Source of the DNA: Dimorphilus gyrociliatus
Taxonomy: Eukaryota; Animalia; Annelida
DNA length: 64,000 nt
Direction of reading: 5' to 3'
Assembly (NCBI GenBank): GCA_904063045.1
Contig: CAJFCJ010000002.1
Span: 744,001 to 808,000 of the forward strand
Every line of letters starts with the position of its first letter. The first letter of the stretch is position 1. Of this stretch, positions 1 to 11,074 are shown piece after piece. The notes below the pieces were generated by a model, which had not been told where the DNA came from, did not search any database, and was given only the letters and a program-made list of their open reading frames with translations. A program made the translations under genes and the position numbers.

Positions 1-2
1 AT

Positions 3-1139
3 CAGCTGCAACAATACAGCAAAGGTCGAGCGGAATTGTGCTTACCTATTCTACACGAGTCGTATTACTTAAAACATTCTATGCAAGAGCGAGCAAGAAT
101 ACGTAAGAGTGTACAAAAACATAACTCGCAAGAAATAAGAGCTAAAAGGCATCGGAGAACTATGCAGCCTCCCAAAGCTAGAAGTTTAAAAGCATTAAGA
201 ATGGCTTTAAATGAGCATGAAGAAAAGGCAATTAAAAAACAGAGAGAAGAAATAGTTGCTGAAATTAAGCGTCAACGAGATGAGGAATTGAAATACTTGT
301 TCGAAAACGCAATAAAGCAGAAAGAAAATTTACCAAAATTGCCAAAATTTTATAGACGACTTGAAGAGAATATAGACAACTTGATAAAGAAAGAACCATT
401 ACCCAGTATACCAATAGAGCCTAAAATTGATCAAGATTTATCAGCATGTATTGAAAATTCAGATACAAGCTTTCAGAGTGAATCTATGATATCGAAATCA
501 GAGATAAGTGAGTTAAAGACTGGTGATACACAAATTATTATGAGAAAAGGTCCTCCTTACCTTATGCCTATTAAAGAAAAAACTGTAATTTCGGAGTTTA
601 AAGAGAATGATGAGATAAAAAGCGAAGAAGAATCTGAAAAAGACATAGAGATTCAAGAGCAACAAGAATATCAGAAATTGAACAATGACAAGCAAAATAT
701 TGAAAGACCTCTGTCCAATGTTTTCCTTTGGAAGAAGTATCGTAGTGTAGCCTCTCGACACCCTTCTTACAGAGACTGGGAAACAAGTGACAAAACATTA
801 TCATTCTTGGAAGATCGACTTCGGCAATTTAGGACCCCAAAACAGAAAGTAACTTTCCTCCCAAAACTTAAAAGATTCGAAACTAATGACCACTTAACTG
901 AAGATCAGCCCAAACCTGGTGGAAGAGTACTTGTCAAGTCAACCAGATGCCCAGAAGGAAAGTCTGAGCGAACTTTTGCTAATCATGAGCATGTACGATA
1001 CAGCCTTGTTGAAACTCTTCCTAATTATCAAAATTTGCATAAAAACAAACTTTTACAACACATGTTCATGGATAAAGCTATAGAATCGTACAAAAAAACT
1101 ACTACGGGTGAAACTTCTAACCAAGTAGTGCTTCCTTAA
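3..1139 (+). CDS. 3' part (long terminal exon) of an uncharacterised charged/coiled-coil protein; 5' end lies outside the window
   Basis: Frame is open from position 3 (QLQQYSKGRAELCLP...) to TAA at 1139. It is E/K/Q-rich with no family motif I recognise. AATAAA signals follow at about 1161-1172. Confidence 0.65.
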   Translation, partial: QLQQYSKGRAELCLPILHESYYLKHSMQERARIRKSVQKHNSQEIRAKRHRRTMQPPKARSLKALRMALNEHEEKAIKKQREEIVAEIKRQRDEELKYLFENAIKQKENLPKLPKFYRRLEENIDNLIKKEPLPSIPIEPKIDQDLSACIENSDTSFQSESMISKSEISELKTGDTQIIMRKGPPYLMPIKEKTVISEFKENDEIKSEEESEKDIEIQEQQEYQKLNNDKQNIERPLSNVFLWKKYRSVASRHPSYRDWETSDKTLSFLEDRLRQFRTPKQKVTFLPKLKRFETNDHLTEDQPKPGGRVLVKSTRCPEGKSERTFANHEHVRYSLVETLPNYQNLHKNKLLQHMFMDKAIESYKKTTTGETSNQVVLP

Positions 1140-1519
1140 ACATTTACACTTTCATAAAACTTTGTTCAACAATTAATCATAAATAAAATAAATATTTGAC
1201 TCTGTAAAACTTTTTATTTTAAAAAACAGATATATGAAGTTTGTTTCAAATAAGTTCTTTCTGTAGCTGAAAATTTGCTTCATATATTACAATATGTATT
1301 TAACATTCTCACTTGAATATATTAAATTTCGATTTTCCTATATAGAATTTCGATTTAGTGACTGTTGAGTTTACTTTGGAGAGAATATCCTCTTCTCTTA
1401 TTGGCAAAATAATGCACCATCCCATTTGAAAGGCAAATAAACTCTATTGATAGTAAGTTCTGTATATATAGAGTGGAATAGTCTATGGCTATCTTGCAGA
1501 TTAACTTCTCCAGTGAAAA

Positions 1520-2344
1520 ATGAGTAATTTTTTCTCGATTTATGTTCTCTTTATTCCTCTTATTTACTCGAGTCCTTGTCCCAACTATGTAAAATCATCA
1601 GCTTGGTTCAAGTCAGGTGGAATATGTTACTTTTCTAGTTATAAAGCTTCTCTTCCTGAAAAATCCGCTGTGGCAGCTGAGATTTCATGTTGGATGCATC
1701 ATTCCTCTATGAGAATAGCTTCTTTTAAAAATCAATTCGAGTTGAATGCAATTTTGTCAAATCTTCCAAGTGGGACAGAACATTTCATAGGACTATACAG
1801 ATGGGGACTATTTGCTGATAGGGATAATTGGAAATGGTCGAATCCTTTTTATGAGTACACTTTAGCTGCTTTTGAATCTTCCTGGAGCGTTAATGAACCA
1901 AATAATGGAGGAAATTATACTTTGTATGGAGTCCTCTATTCAGAGTGGATTCCATCATTATGTGACAAGCCGACCTATGTTAAGCTACCATATTTATGTA
2001 TGAAATATAATTTTAATCCTAGACCATGTTCAACTGTCAATGGAAACACTTGGAATATTTATGAAATATATACACTACAAGATCGTTGGACAATGAGTTT
2101 GCAACCATTTTTAAAGATTAAAACTTCAAAGATAAGATGCATGATTTTATGCTCCGACATAAAATGTACAGTAGGCATCTATAAAAGTACGGGAAATTGT
2201 CTTCTATGGACTTGGCAATCAGGCCCATTATCATTATTCAGATTGTTTCCAGGGCGAGTTTTTTCTAATATTCTAGACTTTTCTTTCCTACCTAGATGTG
2301 TGGGTATTTGTAAATATAATTTGAATAAAATCATCTGTATATGA
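1520..2344 (+). CDS. Secreted C-type lectin domain protein with a C-terminal Cys-containing (PAN/apple-like) module
   Basis: N-terminal signal peptide (MSNFFSIYVLFIPLIYS). CTLD hallmarks: W..GGICY, A...C, FIGL, W.W, W...EPNN, W....C....YLC. The second module CMILCSDIKC...YKSTGNCLL has PAN-like Cys spacing. Confidence 0.75.
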   Translation: MSNFFSIYVLFIPLIYSSPCPNYVKSSAWFKSGGICYFSSYKASLPEKSAVAAEISCWMHHSSMRIASFKNQFELNAILSNLPSGTEHFIGLYRWGLFADRDNWKWSNPFYEYTLAAFESSWSVNEPNNGGNYTLYGVLYSEWIPSLCDKPTYVKLPYLCMKYNFNPRPCSTVNGNTWNIYEIYTLQDRWTMSLQPFLKIKTSKIRCMILCSDIKCTVGIYKSTGNCLLWTWQSGPLSLFRLFPGRVFSNILDFSFLPRCVGICKYNLNKIICI

Positions 2345-2610
2345 CTGATATAAGTTATTGTAGCTCAAATACGGTGATCATACGATAGTATATCACATAG
2401 TTTGATAACATGACTTCATTAAATAATATGTAAACACCATGAAAATTTAGTATTTCTTTAGTATTCCACTGGTATTAATATCAAGATACTACGATGACCT
2501 TCACCTTCATATCATACATATTCCAAACGTGGTATAGACTGGTGCGCTCCGAATATAACAACGTCTAGAATACAACCGATAAATTTACACAATGATATCA
2601 AGTGTTTATC

Positions 2611-3807
2611 ATGACATCTAGGACTACGAAGAACCCAGATGTCCGATTAAATTTAACAGTTCAAGATTGGATGCAAGCTATTCGTAAACCTACCCCATAC
2701 CGAGTTGGTAGCAGTGTTACTCTAAATACAAATATGATACGTCTAGGAATTGTCATTGCCATTGCTTTTGTGATATTTTTCGTTGTATTGCCTGTGTACA
2801 CAAATGATTCTTGTGGTATAGATAAGTATTCGAAGGACTTAAAATACAATAATACCTATCCCTTGTCCAAAACTATTACATTAGCTGATGGGTCTTTCAG
2901 ATTCCGTATAGCTGTTGTTACCGATTTAGATACAGAGTCTAAAAGTATAAACGAAAAGAGTACGTGGTATAGTTATTACAGAAAAGGCTATTTAATTTGG
3001 AACCCGTCAAAAAATACTGCTAAAATTGAATGGGATCAAGAAACAAAAAAATTGATATCAAATGTTGCAGCCAAGGGCCGTTCCATGGAATTATCTGAGC
3101 TAATTGTTTTCAATGGCAAACTCTATACTGTGGATGACCGAACGGGAATTGTTTATCAAATTTCAGAAGAAAACCAAGTTATACCTTGGGTTATTCTGAG
3201 TAACGGTGATGGAAAACAGGTCCAAGGTTTCAAGAGCGAATGGGCAACAGTAAAAGATGAAAGACTATATATTGGGGGTTTAGGAAAGGAGTGGACAACA
3301 CAAACAGGTCAATTTGTTAACACTTATCCTCAATGGATTAAATCAATAGGGCCTAATGGAGATATAAAACATTTGGATTGGTCCGAGAACTATAACAAGC
3401 TAAGAGAAGTTGCAGGCTTTGAAAGTCCTGGCTATATGATTCATGAATCAGCTTATTGGAGTGATATTCATAAAAAATGGATATTTCTACCAAGGAGAGC
3501 AAGTAAAGAGAAATATGATGAAACCTTAGATGAGAATAGGGGTACTAACCTTCTATTTCTAGCTGACGAAGAGTTTAAGAATATTCATTACCAAAGAGTA
3601 GGACCTCTGAATCCGTCTAGGGGATTTTCTTCTTTCAAATTTATCCCAGGAACAAATAACAGAGTCATTGTAGCTTTGAAAAGTGAAGAGCGAAATGAGA
3701 AACCTGTGGCTTCTTACATAACTATATTTACTATAACTGGTAATGTACTCTTGGCAGAAGAACCTTTAGAGGGAGCTTTTAAGTTTGAAGGAATCGAATT
3801 TATTTAA
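2611..3807 (+). CDS. CANT1: Soluble calcium-activated nucleotidase 1 (apyrase), type II membrane anchor, intronless
   Basis: Motifs IAVVTDLD, GRSMELSEL, VDDRTG, GFKSEW, LYIGGLGKEW, GYMIHES, FLPRRAS, RGFSSFKFIPGT, IVALKSEE, KFEGIEFI. First ATG is at 2611 and the TM segment follows the N-terminus. Confidence 0.96.
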   Translation: MTSRTTKNPDVRLNLTVQDWMQAIRKPTPYRVGSSVTLNTNMIRLGIVIAIAFVIFFVVLPVYTNDSCGIDKYSKDLKYNNTYPLSKTITLADGSFRFRIAVVTDLDTESKSINEKSTWYSYYRKGYLIWNPSKNTAKIEWDQETKKLISNVAAKGRSMELSELIVFNGKLYTVDDRTGIVYQISEENQVIPWVILSNGDGKQVQGFKSEWATVKDERLYIGGLGKEWTTQTGQFVNTYPQWIKSIGPNGDIKHLDWSENYNKLREVAGFESPGYMIHESAYWSDIHKKWIFLPRRASKEKYDETLDENRGTNLLFLADEEFKNIHYQRVGPLNPSRGFSSFKFIPGTNNRVIVALKSEERNEKPVASYITIFTITGNVLLAEEPLEGAFKFEGIEFI

Positions 3808-4003
3808 ATTTAAATCGTGTTGATTTGTTGCTTTCACTTCTCAGTTTCTTTCTCTTTTTGTACTTCTCGTACATATCAGTAAATACACATTTTGACTTTA
3901 ACAATATACAACTGATACATCATAAAAGTGTAAGCTATTGATGCATGTTTATTAATGAATTATGTGAAAGTAGCAATATCAATGACAGAGAAAACTAGTT
4001 AAA

Positions 4004-4265
4004 TCATAAATCGCATAAGTTTACATTGTTTGTTCCATTGTTCAAAGGCGAATTTTTTAATCTTAAATCTATTTCATCAATCTCAGTATCATTCTCAAAC
4101 TCTTTTCCCTGCAAATTCATAACAATCAAGAAGAAATAAGCCTCAATATTCTTAAAACTCACTGTTAACGAGAGAATATGTTTCTTAGCTGAGTGACAGC
4201 GGAAATGTAATCTATTTTCAAGGGTGAAACCTTTCTTTTGCCTATAATATAAGTTAAATATACTG

Positions 4266-4300
<35 letters not shown>

Positions 4301-7300
4301 GAATTTATATATATATATATATGAATTTATATATATATATATATGAATTTATATATATATATATGAATTTATATATGTATACTGTATATATATACAGTAT
4401 ACATATTTAGTCAAATATATATTTATAAATTCTATATACAGGATATACATATATTCCACTTTCTAGAGAGATTATTGTAATAAACTGATTAAACGTACTT
4501 GGCTAACTCTATGAATTTCAAAGCTCTGTCATAGCTTTTCATTTCACAATATATTAAAGCTATTTCAAGATGAGAATATGGAATAAGATAAGTATCTTGT
4601 TTTATATCTTTCTCTCTGTTAGTAGGAAATGAGGATAAACAAAAAATATAGAAGTAAACGAAAAACACGAACTTTTCTTGAAGTTGTTTTAGAATAGATA
4701 AAGCTTCCTTTAGCTGTCCTAAATGACGAAGACAGGCACCCTTTAATAAGAGTAACAAACCTAGGTCGTCATAAAAAGAATCTGAAATAAAAATTGATAT
4801 AAGACATACTAATATATTGTATAAGATTTATTCACAAAGATTACCAGGTTTTTCAGGCGATTCCAACAAAAGTAAATTATTATCTATTTCTGCCAATATT
4901 GGTTGCAATAAGCCGGCAGATTTGCTCATAATGCTAAAATGATTCCACAAGTATTGCAATTCCTAAATAGTAAATGAAGCAAATTTGTATATTATTTTAT
5001 TATAGACGAAAAACAAACATATGCAGGAACAAGGAGGCGCCTTTTCTGTGCAAAATATCTTTCGCACTTTTTGATCGCAAATTTTTCCATAGGTAATGAT
5101 TTTCCAGCAATTTTTTGTTTAAATATAGGAGCTTTTCTAAATTAATTGTTCAATGAAGGTTTTAAATGATAATTATTTAAAATTACTCAAGTAGGTCAGT
5201 CACATGTTCCCTTAAATCATCTGACTGCTCTTCTATCATCAGGAGAAATGCTGCTTTTTGATATAAATACATCACCTTGCTCCATTTACTTTCTTCAGAT
5301 AGCATCTCAGCATATTTCATTGCAAATGTCCACTCCCTTTTAAATCTTAAAATTTAAAAGAGTAATATGATTTCAGTATACGCCATTAAGTTAAAACGTA
5401 CGAATGGCACCACATTAATTCCCAATAACAAATATGTTTAAACTGAGTTAATTCATCTTGGCAATCTCTACACTCTTCTAGTTTTTCGATTGCTTCATCA
5501 ATTTCGCCGCTAACTTCTCTTAGTCTACCAGCGAAGAAGAGAAAGAAAACGCCCTATATGAAAAAATATAGAATTATGACTAAAAAAATACTTGGATTTC
5601 ACCTTTGGGTACTTTGCTTCATATATTTTAATAATTCTCTGTGCCAGATGCAAATCTCCATCTTCTGATCCTAGTTTTGTATTTCATTTATATTGGACTA
5701 TTTTTCTTTAAGAAATCAATGTATTTGACACATACCAATGAAGAAGCAAATTACGGTATGGTAAGCCAAAAGTGCCAAAGCACAGAGAGGAGATCTCAAT
5801 GCCTTATCTAGACTAACGCCAGATTGCAGCTCGGTTAGTCCTTTATTCTGTAAATAAATAGCATATCTGCTATCGTAAGTGAACTCAGATACACTAACAC
5901 CTATATCAAATATTTTCAGAGATTGAATAAATTATTGAGATCTAATGTATTTAGTTTGGCAATTATTTTGATGTACAACATACATTAATAAGTTAGTCTT
6001 TTTAATGATTCTATTGTTTGTATCAAAATATTATTACTCGATATGAATAAACCCTTATAATACTCGCAACTAGCCTTTCAAGGGCTATAGCCACAGTGGC
6101 AGAATTTACCTCTGGGTAATATTCTGACAGATAAAGTTTTAAGATCATCTTTATTTTTAGTATGTTTGCCGAATACATTAAAAACACTCCACAATTCCAT
6201 CACTACTTTTGGCTAATTTGCATTTGTTCAGATTTTATATTGTCTCTTGCTTTGGCTACAGCCTTTCTATAAAATTTACATACTATTTTATGTGAATTAT
6301 TAAAGAGCCTAAACATTGGGTAAAAATATATATAAAACTATTTTTCAAAAAATGTAAATAAAACTACTTTTCAATCCCTTCCCACAAACCTTATCGCCTG
6401 AAAATCCTACAAACTCCAAAAGTTTTAAAATTTTGGCTGGCATTAAAGATATCATCTGAAAGCAACATGCCAATTATTAGCTGTCAATTTGTGGGATTTT
6501 ATATAATACCAGATTAAATAAACCTATACCAAAACGAACTCCGCTTTCAAAATCAATTTTGGACATATTAGAATCATTTTTAAAGTTTCTTTTTTCTATT
6601 ATAGTGTAGCATGCTCTGATATAAAAACAGATATATAATTAGAAATCACAAAGATACAAATACTTGTAGGCACTAAAAGAATTTCTTATCTTCAGTCCAG
6701 CTTTAATAAATGCCATAAGACTCTCATCTTGTATGATCGTCAACATCGCTCTGAAGCATAAGAGTTCAGCATAGCATAACTCTGCATGGACCTCCTCTAG
6801 AAGTGAATCAAGCACTTGATTAGATACTATATTTAAATACTCTAATGTGTAGGTTAAGATATACAGTATATACAGTACATATAATTAAAACTTAAAAAAC
6901 TTTCTCTAATTGCTATTGATGCTAAATTTCAAATCGAGTGTATTATCAACCTGAAATTCATTCACTGACGTTTTGAAACTTTTAATTAAGGTCATTAGAG
7001 ATATTAGACTAATACAGTAAATAAATAGACCATTTTTAGCTTAATTAAAGAGCAGTATAAAAAATATTTTTATGGATTCGAATGTGAAAACAAAAGGTCA
7101 TAAAGAACCATATATTTCAGAGAAAATACTAACCATTACTGAAGCTATTATAATTTTGAATAGTTATCATGTTCGTAACACTCTCTATTAATCCATTTTT
7201 TTTTCGTTTCTTGCTAATAACCTTTAGTGCTGATTTAACTGCTCCAGAGGCTATCTCGATATCTGCCTGAAAATTGAAGTATAGCTTCTTTTTAAATTCT

Positions 7301-7743
7301 CTACAATATTCTTTTGTATAAAAACATACAGCTTCAAATGTCATTGCTGCCTGCATATATAGAATAACAGCATATCCCAGAGCATGATACATATCTTTAT
7401 CAGCACTGAATGAAATGAACACTTTAAAAATTATCTGTCAAGTTCATTATTTTAATGTACCCCTTTCGCATTCGCCGCTTTGATTCTTCGAAGTGATTGT
7501 TTAAAAAAAGGTTAAGAGCTATTCTCATCTCTTCCAAAGTTTCGAGAAATTCCATGGAAAATGACCTTTATTTTTTAAAGTTTGAACTCTGAAAAGTATA
7601 TTTGGCGAAAACATACGTGTCAACACTTTCAACAGCATCTTGGAAGCACTGAAAAAATACAATATAGTTTTTTTATTGTATTTAAAAAAATATGTTCAAG
7701 ATTATCAAACCTCATCATCACTGCAGTTTTCATAAGCTGCCAT
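4004..7743 (-). CDS. TTC39: Tetratricopeptide repeat protein 39 family (multi-exon)
   Basis: Exons read MAAYENCSDDE|CFQDAVES, YHALGYAVILYMQAAMTFE, EVHAELCYAE, FESGVRFGIGLFNL, LLEFVGFSGDK, YPK|GVFFLFFAGR, LLLKGACLRHLG, YLIPYSHLEIA, LENRLHFRCH. Stop TGA is at 4006-4004. The frame stays open 17 codons upstream of the ATG to a splice acceptor, so a longer N-terminus is possible. Confidence 0.92.
4262..4406. repeat. Compound (TA)n microsatellite with four GAATTT interruptions, ending in a 34-bp perfect palindrome, inside a TTC39 intron
   Basis: Read directly: ATGAATTT(AT)n units x4; ATATGTATACTGTATATATATACAGTATACATAT at 4373-4406 equals its own reverse complement. Confidence 0.9.
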
Positions 7744-7806
7744 AGCATTCACAGGGAATAGTGTATTAATATCAAATTCTTTCAAAAGCAATGCTAGGAA
7801 AATTAA

Positions 7807-7809
<3 letters not shown>

Positions 7810-7837
<28 letters not shown>
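7810..7837. repeat. (TA)n microsatellite
   Basis: About 13 TA units immediately upstream of the TTC39 ATG-containing exon. Confidence 0.9.
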
Positions 7838-7840
<3 letters not shown>

Positions 7841-9803
7841 TTAACATTTTAGTCAATGATAAACGTACTTTATTAGTTGAAACTGAGTATATCATCTAAC
7901 AACCTTCGGACTCCTTTTCTTCGATCTGAGTAAATACGCACTAAGTATTCATATTTACCATATCTTGGAACTATAGCCAATGAAATAAATAAATATACCT
8001 TTTTCTGAATTATCAGTTCTAATTCTTTCTTGGTTTATGGATTATTAAAGAACTAAAATATTAGACTTAAATTAAGCTCTGCTTTATTATTCGTGAACCT
8101 TTGGAGCTTCAGTCCTCTTTGAATTTCTTCCATAAATATTACTCCAAACGTTTTTTGATGTAATTCTTTTTGTCTTGAAAAAATCAATATTCGTATCTCT
8201 TTAACATATCTGTAATTGTGATAAAAAATTTGGGTAAAAATATTATCGTCTTACTTTTCAAAATATAATTTTACTCTAATGTATTTGTATATATTCATAG
8301 AAAATACACTAATTATGCTAGCTGCTCTTCATTCAAGCATTGTCTCTAATATTTTAAGGGACTTTTCGGTTGAGATATTATTAGAGATGCATTACGATGA
8401 GAAATAAGATTATTATTGACGCACTTAATGCTTGCTTTCAAAAAAGAATTGATAGCCTTCATTATATTTTGCATGAAAATTAAAGCAGTCTCTTTAGTTG
8501 TTTCTCCATTTCTTTATAAAGTGAAACTTAAAGAAGTAAATATGTTTTGGTTGTAATATAGAGGTCGTAATTATGGCAGTCAAGAAATTAGAATATCAGC
8601 AATAACATCTTAGTGTGATGATGCAATATTCCATGTTCTATCGATTCATAGGCTATATATAGTTCTAGCTTCTTATTTATGAGAAAAACTGAGCGTTTCT
8701 AGGATCGTGATTAATTTACTAAATGCATATTTGATGAGCTCAAGCCGATTTAATCATATAATATCAGAAGATATTTTTTATCAATTCTATTCGTAAAAGA
8801 AATCACGAATTTATCCCTTCAACACTTTTTATGCTGATTTTATTTTATGGGATTGCTAATGAATCATAATAAAACATTTCTCTAGAATATTATCGTTTCT
8901 TAGATTTTGTTGGCGTTACCTGATTTCTCAAAGATTAATTTAGATATAAAAATGAATAGCGTCTAGTCCACAAAATACTTTCAACACTTTTTATAAACTT
9001 TTATATGCGTAGAAACATTATCTCACTCTAGATGGCGTTTGAAGTTCTAGTAAAAAATTTTTGGTAGTATTTTAGCTACGTCAAAAATATAGTTTAATCA
9101 GGGAACGCAAACTTAGTTAATTAGCTTATTTAACCAAATACGAGTGCTATTTAAGCAATTTAGACTTGATGATAGTTGGATATGATAACTAGTGGCCAAA
9201 GGTGATGAAACGGCGGTACACTCTCTTTTCTGTTTCTATATACCTAATAAAGAGGTTTTTTCAGCATAGAGCGAATAACGTCACATCTTATTGAGATTTA
9301 TATTCGTTTCTCGTTGTTTACTGAGGTAGCCTTTTCTGAACGATAATCGATATAATTTGGCCTAATAGATAGATGTATGGAAATTTGCTTTGTAGATCTC
9401 TTTCTTTCTTCTACAGTTAACTATAGACTAAAATTTTGTTAGAGAATAAACAAAATCTTATATTGTCATATAAGCAAGCTGGCTTCGGTTGTGCAAATCT
9501 CCTTAACTGATAAATGGAAACGTTGAATTTCACATTAGTCAGATTGCAGTTTCCACTTAAAGTATAATTTTTTACACCATTTATCATTTTCCCTCTTATT
9601 TTAAATAATACCTTGCTATATATAATTAAATTTGGGATTGAGAAAAGTTAACGCTCGTTGGTATTTCTTTTATTTATACATTGTTCTACACCAGAGCTCT
9701 CATCAGTATATGAATGAGTCAAATACAAAACCATTCCGGTGCTCATCAACAATGCAAAAATTATTTGTTTTCATTCCGAATAGTCAATATGTACACAGAA
9801 GAG

Positions 9804-9850
9804 TCATCCGGCCGGATGAGCCACAATATGCAGTCACGAGTCGTGGCTGT
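9804..9850. other. Two adjacent GC-rich inverted repeats in intergenic DNA
   Basis: TCATCCGGCCGGATGA (9804-9819) is a perfect palindrome. GCAGTCACGA-G-TCGTGGCTGT (9830-9850) is an imperfect inverted repeat. Function unknown. Confidence 0.6.
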
Positions 9851-11074
9851 TCTGACTAAGATTCGCCGTGCCTGCTTTCTTAAGCGTCTTTCCTTTATTT
9901 CCTCTATTCTCATATTTTGATATTCGAAATATACCCCCTCATAAAAATATATAGTATTTCCTCCTGTCTGACATTACTATTAGAAATTAAGTAAGCATGA
10001 CACATTGATATATGAACACACACATTGGTCTCGCAACATACCCATTTTCGCTATACAAAATGTTTAACCGAAATCATCTATGTACTTTGCAAATAGCGTT
10101 CTTTTTGAATTTTTTTATTATTATTTAATCCATAATATTCTTACATTTATAATGGGAGAGTAAATTGCTTTTTCTGAAATTGCTCTTAGGCCTATAGGTG
10201 GTCATGAATGCATAAAGCTAGATCGATGTAATAAAAGTAGTCAAATATTCTCTTCCGGGGTGGACAAACTGAAAAAAAAACAATTTCTTTATAATATAGT
10301 CGGGCCGTCGTCACAATATCTTGTTTGCCAATTTCTTTGCCCTTCTCTTTTGGACATAAATTGCATTTGATTTATACACTGGCCGAGACCGCATTAAATC
10401 TATAATAAGCCCAAGTTTAAATCAGTGAAAGAATTAGAAAACCTAACAGAAAAATTCAATTGATATAAAATAATATATACCTATCATTTGGTCCAAGAGC
10501 TTCTCCCTATTAAGTTTTTTTAAGTCTTTCATCTTATTGCTACTCAAATTGCGTATAATTGTTTGTAAAGAACGTAAATTATAGACAATGATGTAAACGT
10601 TTGATCGATTACCACTTTCCAGTTAATACACCGGTATGAAAAATAAATTAGAAAACATTTACGAAAAATTTCTTGACTTATTTCTACCTAACCCCTATTA
10701 ACCTTTTTCATCTCTAACGTGACTATGACAATGGACTCTGAAAATTGTGTGGAGTTCTCTGGATTGAGCAAACAGTTTTACGACTTTCTTAGCTTACATA
10801 TTGTCTCCGACATACTGGCCTGTTGAGCCTTTTAGCCGACTGTCACATCTTATTGCTTTTACCCTCTCCCGGGAACAATGTGGTCACTATACTGTAATTA
10901 ATTAATGACTCTTGCTGTAAATGTCCTTATAGGTTTACTCACGGTTTTATACGGCTGCTTTGCGTTTATTAATTATGCACATATTCAATTTATCCGTACA
11001 TTGCGTATACTGTAAATGGATTTCAGACACATGTACACGGTATATGTGGATTTTTACTATTTTTAATAATATAG

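Noticed and set aside
8615-8692. Box C (GTGATGA) ... box D (CTGA) spacing like a C/D snoRNA
   Set aside because: No terminal stem, no recognisable rRNA/snRNA guide, and not in a clear host intron.
9322-9330. TGAGGTAG let-7 seed-like sequence (similar word at about 23395)
   Set aside because: The sequence diverges from let-7 immediately after the seed and there is no adequate hairpin.
9660-9710. CTGATGAG on the minus strand (9706-9699), the hammerhead ribozyme core
   Set aside because: No stem II closed by GAAA follows and stems I/III cannot be built.
10212-10223. ATAAAGCTAGAT, matching the 5' part of miR-79/miR-9-3p
   Set aside because: The match stops after 12 nt and there is no complementary upstream arm to form a precursor hairpin.
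10700-10945. Chain of possible minus-strand mini-exons bounded by GT/AG
   Set aside because: Yields only a short peptide with no start or homology; such signals arise by chance in AT-rich DNA.
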